Positions 27,016 through 32,000 of a stretch of DNA of 32,000 bases are shown here, one piece after another. The notes under the pieces were generated by a model, which had not been told where the DNA came from, ran no database searches, and was given only the letters and a program-made list of their open reading frames with translations. Within the stretch, counting starts at the first letter, position 1. Every line of letters begins with the position of its first letter. The translations under genes were made by a program, and so were the position numbers. Origin of the DNA: an uncultured Acidobacteriota bacterium (GTDB lineage Bacteria; Acidobacteriota; Terriglobia; Acidiferrales; UBA7541); NCBI GenBank assembly GCA_963737185.1, contig CAVTRS010000010.1:240368-272367 (forward strand), in the 5' to 3' direction.

Positions 27016-27282
27016 TCAGTCGCTTCCGAACATCTTCGCGAAATCCAGTTCGGCTCCGGCTCCCTTTTCGCTCCCGTCCTCGATCGCCTCGCGGAGCGCG
27101 TCGAGCTCGTCGGCCCTCTCGCCGTGCGCCTTCGCCATCTTCTGGTGGTGCGCGGCCCCGGCCTCGTCCTTATCGTCTTCGTAGTGCGACGAGCGATCTT
27201 CGTGCAGCTTCCGAAGCCGCTCATGGTGAGCCGCGGCGCCCTTCAGATAATCCTTCACCTTTTGTTTATCGTCTGTGTGCAT
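27016..27282 (-). CDS. Hypothetical charged/His-rich small protein
   Basis: GAGGAGG Shine-Dalgarno lies 8 nt before the ATG at 27282. There is an internal duplication 'AAHHERLRKLHEDR...' / 'AAHHQKMAKAHGER...'. Confidence 0.5.
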   Translation of the reverse strand: MHTDDKQKVKDYLKGAAAHHERLRKLHEDRSSHYEDDKDEAGAAHHQKMAKAHGERADELDALREAIEDGSEKGAGAELDFAKMFGSD

Positions 27283-27342
27283 CGCGCTTGCCTCCTCAAT
27301 CTCTTCCACGCGCCTTGCTCCCGCCGCGCGCCCCCGCTTGGC

Positions 27343-27891
27343 TTACGCCGCGTCTTGGACGATCTCGCGGCAGATATCGCGCATCGTCGCACGGTCGTTC
27401 GCATACCACGCTATGACAAACCTTGCGGCGGGGCCATCGTCGCCAAATTTTTCTGCCGCCGCCACGAGCGATTTTTGAAACGTTCCCGCCGCCCGCTCGG
27501 CCCCAGTTCCGAGGACATCCAGTGGACGCGCGTCTCCTCGCTTCGCAGCCACGAGAACTTTGCGTACCGCTTGGTCGATCTGCTCGTTCAAAGTAAGTGG
27601 ACGCTCGCCGCGGAACTTCACGACGTCCGCACGCGACATCCCGATGGGCACGGTCTCATCTTCCGCATCCCCGAACAGCTCCATCATGAGCAGCCCATGC
27701 TCTAACTTGTCCCTCTCGGCCCTCGTGAGAAGTGTCGGGGCCGGAAGTACCTCTATCTGTTCGGGCGGCAGCGTCGAGGCGATCATCGCCGCGGCAGCAT
27801 CGTCGCTGTCGTAGAGAAGGTCCTGGACTAACGGGTCCAAGGCCCGGAATTCATCCAGCGCCTTCTTGATCTCGTCGCTTCGCTTTATCAT
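27343..27891 (-). CDS. Hypothetical protein (phage/satellite module)
   Basis: AAGGAGG Shine-Dalgarno lies 6 nt before the ATG at 27891 (MIKRSDEIKKALDEF...). 182 aa, no recognised domain. Confidence 0.55.
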   Translation of the reverse strand: MIKRSDEIKKALDEFRALDPLVQDLLYDSDDAAAAMIASTLPPEQIEVLPAPTLLTRAERDKLEHGLLMMELFGDAEDETVPIGMSRADVVKFRGERPLTLNEQIDQAVRKVLVAAKRGDARPLDVLGTGAERAAGTFQKSLVAAAEKFGDDGPAARFVIAWYANDRATMRDICREIVQDAA

Positions 27892-27917
27892 TTTTTTCCT
27901 CCTTTGTTTATTCCGTC

Positions 27918-28184
27918 CTACGGCTGAGACGCCGCCCATTGCTTCATCGCCCGCTGGAATTTCACGCCAGCTTCGTTGCGGGCGGCCTCGAGACGGTGGA
28001 GCTCCGCGATGTCCTCGCTCGCGGTTTCGACCGCCGCGCAGTAGCGAAGGCCACCGCTGACCAGTGTGAACCGCCGACGGCGAAAGTCGGCGAGCGCTAG
28101 CCCGGCGTCGCTGAGGGCGCGATCCGCAAGCCGAAGCTCTTCAAGCAGCTTCTCATTTGCGGTCTCTTGGCTGTGGCCGTTCAC
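27918..28184 (-). CDS. Hypothetical small coiled-coil protein
   Basis: 88-aa ORF. Its GTG start overlaps the upstream gene's TGA (GTGA), which suggests translational coupling. Confidence 0.45.
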   Translation of the reverse strand: MNGHSQETANEKLLEELRLADRALSDAGLALADFRRRRFTLVSGGLRYCAAVETASEDIAELHRLEAARNEAGVKFQRAMKQWAASQP

Positions 28185-28756
28185 GAACTAAATCTAACGC
28201 GTTTTCGCGGAGCGGGAGTACAACCGGGGGTACAAGTCACAGGGGGCACCAGCTTGAAAAAATTGCTCCCGACAGGGCGCACAAGCTTCCCCCAGAGCGG
28301 GTGATTCTTTCCGCGAAAAAATGTTCGCACGCGGGGGATTGGGGGCGTACCGGTGCGCCGCCTTTGGTCCGTCGCCCTGACGGGTCGAACGCGCTTGATC
28401 GCCTGGAGCAGAGCGTCGCGCGAGGCAACGCGGCGGTCTGCCCGATCGAGCGCGCGCACGACAGCGCGCTGCGGTTTCGTCAAGAAGTAGTGGCGTCCGT
28501 ATACGATCGTGCCGTAGTCTTCTGTGTGCCAATCGGCCAAGAAAACGGTTGGACGCAAGTCATGAAGCCCGCGTGACGCTTGTTCAGGAGTTAGATCGGC
28601 CATCGCCTCCACAACTCGCCGCGCGTGCTCAGCGTCTCTCGTCGAGCGATCAAACTCTTCATATTTACGGCAGCGGGGGCAGTAGCTTCCAACAAATTCG
28701 CCAACATTGTCATACCGGGCTTCCAAATCCCAGCCGCAATGGCAAACCGCATCCAC
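28181..28756 (-). CDS. Hypothetical zinc-ribbon protein, possibly DNA-binding
   Basis: GGAGG Shine-Dalgarno lies 6 nt before the GTG at 28756. Has an N-terminal 'CHCG...CPRC' four-Cys ribbon. The central 'LTKPQRAVVRALDRADRRVASRDALLQAI' looks like a winged-helix segment. Confidence 0.5.
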   Translation of the reverse strand: MDAVCHCGWDLEARYDNVGEFVGSYCPRCRKYEEFDRSTRDAEHARRVVEAMADLTPEQASRGLHDLRPTVFLADWHTEDYGTIVYGRHYFLTKPQRAVVRALDRADRRVASRDALLQAIKRVRPVRATDQRRRTGTPPIPRVRTFFRGKNHPLWGKLVRPVGSNFFKLVPPVTCTPGCTPAPRKRVRFSS

Positions 28757-28787
28757 TGTGCACCTCCACAACAGTCAAGCCGATCAA

Positions 28788-30425
28788 TCACCGGACGTCC
28801 CCGATATTATTGCGGTTGAACATGGGGCGTTCCGGCTCACTTCCAGGCCTCGCCCATTGTTTTCCGCATTGAGCACATCTCATTTGTCCACCAGGGATTG
28901 GTGACACGAGTGCTGATCCGCAGTAAGCGCAAGCCTTCTCTTCGGTCGCGGGCTTGATCGCCAGACTAGGGCTCTGGACTCTCGCGAGTTGCCTTTCCGC
29001 CGCGCCGGAAGATTCATACTCAAGGAGTCCAAGCCTGTCGATGCCCCGCGCGACCAGCACCAGCGCGCCCGCGGCGACGTTCGCGAGGTCGTCGTGCCCG
29101 CCCGTGCGATGGTCGACGGAATCCTTTCCGCCCGAGTGCGTCCGCCTCACAAGCCCGGCGAGTTGCGCCTTCAGGCGCGCATGGTCGAGTAACCGCACCT
29201 GTCGACTGTTCACGGCGGGCAAGAATGAAAGGTAGATGGCGGACTTTGGAATTTCCGATCGTACATAGCTGATACCGTGCTTTTCAAATGCCTCGCGCAC
29301 CCACTCCGCTCCGTAATAATCGCCGGTCACGGTCGAGATGTGCCAGCGCTTCAGTTCGGCGCAAAAATCGAGGACAACGCTGGACGGCACGAACGGCGGG
29401 CGTCTCTCTTGCAGCACGTCGAGCACGCCGGTGTCGTTCTCGGCGTGTGCGATGGCGAGTGTCATCGCGTCCGAGGCGCCACCCGACGGATCACAGAAGG
29501 CGTGATAGGATTCGCCCGGGCGCGGCGCGAGCTCAAGGCACGAGGGCATGACGCACGCGGAAATCGCCTCGACCGTCAGGAAGTTCGCGAGGTCGCCGCG
29601 AAACTGTGCGCCATACTCCGCTGAAGCGGCCTGCGGGTCCTTTTCGTACGCGCGGTCAATGATTTTCTGGCTGACGGTCGGGTTCATCTCACGAGTGGCG
29701 CCGACCCAAACCAGCTCGTCCGTGTTCTTCCCGAAGTTTTTGTCGTGCGCCTCCCACAGCGCGCCCTGCTGCGCGTAAGGTGAGCTGACGCCGAGGTGGA
29801 TCGCGCCGGGGATGTTCGCGCTGCCCTTCTCCATCGCCGAGAGCACCTCCACGTCAGGCGAAGCAGCCTGATCGTCGGTGGCCCAAAAAGCCAACTCGTC
29901 AAAACACGCGCCGATCACTGTATAGCCGCGCACGCTGCGGTAGTCCGACGCGTGGACCTCAATCTTGATGTCGGTCGACAGCTCGATGGAGTCCTTCGAC
30001 TCCGCTGTGACTAGCCGCGCGAGCATGGGGATGTCGCGAAAAAAGCTGGCGACGTAATTGAAGATTACCCCGGCCTGCGCTTTATCCGCGGCGAGGATGG
30101 GTAGAACGCCGACTTCCCCGCGCTGCAACGTCGGATAGTCGCGGAAGACGGCGTTGTAGGTGGAGATGAGCGCCGCGATCCGGCTCTTCCCGCTGCGTCG
30201 TCCGCAGATGAGCCACGCCTTGTGAAATGGTGACTTGGGAGCAAAGCTCCTCCCTGTGTGGCGCGAGAAAATTTGGAACTCCTCGGCGGTCAGCGGCAGG
30301 GCGTACAGGGCCTTGAGGAAAACGCGCCACGCCGACCAAGAATCGCCGTGCGACCAGCGTCGTGAAAACCATGGCCGGAATAACTTCGCATCGTCCATCG
30401 CCTCAATGATCGTCGGTGTTCGCAT
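28788..30425 (-). CDS. terL: Phage terminase large subunit with C-terminal zinc ribbon
   Basis: Walker A 'WLICGRRSGKSRIAA', Walker B 'IGACFDELAFW', nuclease-domain acidic motifs 'AFCDPSGGASDAMTLAIAH' and 'DHRTGGHDDLANVAAGA', and a C-terminal 'CAYCGS...CAQCGKQW'. Confidence 0.8.
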   Translation of the reverse strand: MRTPTIIEAMDDAKLFRPWFSRRWSHGDSWSAWRVFLKALYALPLTAEEFQIFSRHTGRSFAPKSPFHKAWLICGRRSGKSRIAALISTYNAVFRDYPTLQRGEVGVLPILAADKAQAGVIFNYVASFFRDIPMLARLVTAESKDSIELSTDIKIEVHASDYRSVRGYTVIGACFDELAFWATDDQAASPDVEVLSAMEKGSANIPGAIHLGVSSPYAQQGALWEAHDKNFGKNTDELVWVGATREMNPTVSQKIIDRAYEKDPQAASAEYGAQFRGDLANFLTVEAISACVMPSCLELAPRPGESYHAFCDPSGGASDAMTLAIAHAENDTGVLDVLQERRPPFVPSSVVLDFCAELKRWHISTVTGDYYGAEWVREAFEKHGISYVRSEIPKSAIYLSFLPAVNSRQVRLLDHARLKAQLAGLVRRTHSGGKDSVDHRTGGHDDLANVAAGALVLVARGIDRLGLLEYESSGAAERQLARVQSPSLAIKPATEEKACAYCGSALVSPIPGGQMRCAQCGKQWARPGSEPERPMFNRNNIGDVR

Positions 30426-30894
30426 CGCTCACCCCCATCCCCTCGCCATCTGTCGTGGCATCGGTGGCTGCGTTCATCGCATCCTTTTTGTCCCCGTAGG
30501 TCTGCGCGAGGTGCTCCTCGAGAGTCGGAATCCGCTTTGCCTCGCGCTCCAGCCCGAGCTGCGAGAGCAAGCGCGCGAGCGAATCCACGAGCTGCTGGCG
30601 CTCGCGGAGAATCGGAATAATTGCGCGCTTGCGCTTGTTGATCAGGCTTGGCTGCGTGAGAAGGAACGCGTCGACGTGGTCGATGTACAGCCTCGTGCGC
30701 GTGGCCATCTCGACCAGCGTTTTTTTCTGCGTCGAGATGTCGGCCCCGCCCAAGTCGCGGACGAGATCGTCCTGCCACGCGAACAGTGCCTTGGCGGGTG
30801 CGCCGCGACGGTCGACAATCGCGAGACCGCGAATCGCGATCCTATTTCTAATGGCGTTAAGTCCGTGTCGCGTTCGCGCAACTGGTTTCGTCAT
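30403..30894 (-). CDS. Putative terminase small subunit (assigned by position only)
   Basis: GGAGG Shine-Dalgarno lies 7 nt before the ATG at 30894. It is immediately upstream of terL and overlaps it by 23 nt. 163 aa with a basic N-terminus and acidic tail. No diagnostic motif. Confidence 0.4.
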   Translation of the reverse strand: MTKPVARTRHGLNAIRNRIAIRGLAIVDRRGAPAKALFAWQDDLVRDLGGADISTQKKTLVEMATRTRLYIDHVDAFLLTQPSLINKRKRAIIPILRERQQLVDSLARLLSQLGLEREAKRIPTLEEHLAQTYGDKKDAMNAATDATTDGEGMGVSDANTDDH

Positions 30895-31268
30895 CGACGG
30901 GCCTCCTTGACCCTCAAACACGTGCTCGTGTTACTCCCGGCCGCCCAGATGAATCCTCCGACGCTACCTGGAGTTTCATTCGTCCACGTCGAGGGGAACC
31001 GCCAGAGCCGCCTTGACGCGTAAGAACTCCCACGGGCGGCGAATCAGGTCCCGAACTCGCCTGTTTCCGACCACCAAGCCGGGCCAAAAGGCCGACTTCA
31101 GGCGCGATCGGGCTGGCATCCGGCAGTATACCCACGGGAAACCGACGACCGCGCATGAGTTCTAACACGTTTGTTATGAATAACTTACATCGTGCGACCG
31201 CCTGCTCGGTTAGCAGAGGGTCTGTTCTAAGTCCTTTAGAATCAATGAAATAACGATCGCGGCGGAAA

Positions 31269-31373
31269 TAGGACAGGTAGGACAGGTTTGATGCGATTCT
31301 CGGAAAATATCCTATAGAACTCATCCTATATATACTTTCCGAGAATGGGCCTAAACCCGTCCTACCTGTCCTA
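31269..31373. other. Origin-of-replication-like structure: iterons in inverted orientation flanking an AT-rich core
   Basis: TAGGACAGG x2 in tandem (31269-31286). A 15-bp perfect inverted partner GTCCTACCTGTCCTA lies at 31359-31373; the pairing reaches 21 bp with 1 mismatch. There is a nested 11-bp inverted repeat ATTCTCGGAAA (31296-31306) / TTTCCGAGAAT (31336-31346). The AT-rich centre has ATCCTATA x2. It sits directly 3' of the primase gene. Confidence 0.5.
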
Positions 31374-31386
31374 AACCCAAAATCGG

Positions 31387-32000
31387 TCATAATTCCCCCT
31401 TCTCGTCCGGACCCGCGTGATTCAGCAGCGCAAGCCCGGTGTACCACCGCCCCGTGCTGTGCTTCGCCTCGAAATTGAGGCGCTTCAACTCCAGCCCGAA
31501 CGCCGTCTTCGACCACGAGGTCTTGAAGCCATTCCGATCCTTCCAGCTGATGAATGCGGAGAAAAGCCGCCCGCACTCCACCCTCTTCTCCGCCCCTCTC
31601 TCGCACTCCTCGTCGACAAATTGCAGCACGACGTCCTGCCCTTCGCGATATTCGTTGATGGCGTCCTTGATTTCCTTCGGCTCGGTGAACCCGTCCTTCG
31701 CCCAACGCTGGAAGCCGCGCACGGCGAGAGCCAAGATTCCCGGCCCTTCCTCAGCGAGCAACTTCAGGTGCAAGTTTTTGACGCGCTCGGCGGGCGGCAC
31801 GGCGACATTGAACGGAACCCGCTTGATCCGATTCCAAATCGAATCGTCAGTGTCGTGAACCTTCGGCAGATGGTTTCCGGCCATCGCGAGCTTGGCCTTG
31901 GATGTGAACTCGAAATAGTTCTGATATTTTTTCGACGCAGAGATTATGTCTTGCCCCGTGATCTGTTTCAGCTTCGCCTCGTCGTAGCGCTTGCCCTGTC
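31387..32000 (-). CDS. Phage/plasmid primase, P4 family (C-terminal region); 5' end beyond window
   Basis: The frame is open to the window edge (..GKRYDEAKLKQITGQDIISASKKYQNYFEFTSKAKLAMAGNHLPKVHDTDDSIWNRIKRVPF..LKLLAEEGPGILALAVRGFQRW..INEYREGQDVVLQFVDEEC..). This matches the conserved C-terminal block of P4-alpha/D5-type primase-helicases. Confidence 0.75.
   Translation of the reverse strand, partial: QGKRYDEAKLKQITGQDIISASKKYQNYFEFTSKAKLAMAGNHLPKVHDTDDSIWNRIKRVPFNVAVPPAERVKNLHLKLLAEEGPGILALAVRGFQRWAKDGFTEPKEIKDAINEYREGQDVVLQFVDEECERGAEKRVECGRLFSAFISWKDRNGFKTSWSKTAFGLELKRLNFEAKHSTGRWYTGLALLNHAGPDEKGEL

Larger units (their letters stand above)
20673..32000. mobile_element. tRNA-Arg-adjacent composite genomic island (low-GC defence-like module plus high-GC phage/satellite-like module); right end beyond window
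   Basis: Gene content switches immediately after the tRNA from housekeeping to helicase, AbiE, XRE, terminase and primase genes. Spot GC counts on single 60-nt lines give about 40-50% between 20.7 and 25.9 kb, against about 60-65% in the flanks. No integrase or att repeat is visible in the window. Confidence 0.55.

Noticed and set aside
30914-31705. 263-aa minus-strand ORF overlapping the primase C-terminus
   Set aside because: The upstream 105 codons overlap the well-supported primase frame and are Arg/Gly-rich, a typical high-GC out-of-frame artefact. Only the portion from the ATG at 31390 is kept, as an open question in the findings.
20673-32000. Search for an integrase, recombinase, transposase or att direct repeats inside the window
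   Set aside because: No ORF shows tyrosine or serine recombinase or DDE motifs, and no repeat of the tRNA 3' end was found. The island boundary and its mobility gene, if any, must lie beyond position 32000.

Overview
High-GC bacterial chromosome, probably Acidobacteriota-like. That guess rests on a GWxTD-domain protein, many secreted or membrane hypotheticals and a recurring GC-rich hairpin repeat.

Positions 1-20,600 look like ordinary core genome. They hold a VOC-fold protein (partial), a GWxTD/DUF4440 fusion, an SDR oxidoreductase, a split DUF1214/DUF1254 pair, a DUF1801 protein, an S9A prolyl oligopeptidase, a DUF4383 protein, cydAB (cytochrome bd oxidase), a second S9 peptidase, a PagL-like acyloxyacyl hydrolase and a FecR-like protein. 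A REP/MITE-like element is scattered through the intergenic regions, with a 21-bp core seen six times.

A tRNA-Arg(TCT) at 20596-20672 marks an abrupt change. Positions 20,673 to about 25,900 are visibly lower in GC. They carry an unknown 184-aa protein plus a UvrD-like SF1 helicase in one operon, and a non-canonical AbiE locus. In that locus the AbiEii nucleotidyltransferase is preceded by an unknown 96-aa ORF and converges on and overlaps an AbiEi-like gene. Upstream of the AbiEi-like gene are three perfect 30-32-bp palindromes that share a GGTATATATACC core.

From about 26,000 to the window end the GC rises again and the content is phage- or satellite-like. It runs XRE repressor, small unknowns, large terminase with a C-terminal zinc ribbon, putative small terminase, an iteron/AT-rich origin-like structure, and the C-terminus of a P4-family primase that continues off the window. 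No integrase, portal or capsid gene is visible in the window.

The best candidates for something undescribed are the small-protein/UvrD-helicase pair, the rearranged AbiE locus with its palindrome triplet, and the primase-ori-terminase satellite-like module. All functional calls come from reading motifs in the translations by eye. No database search was run.
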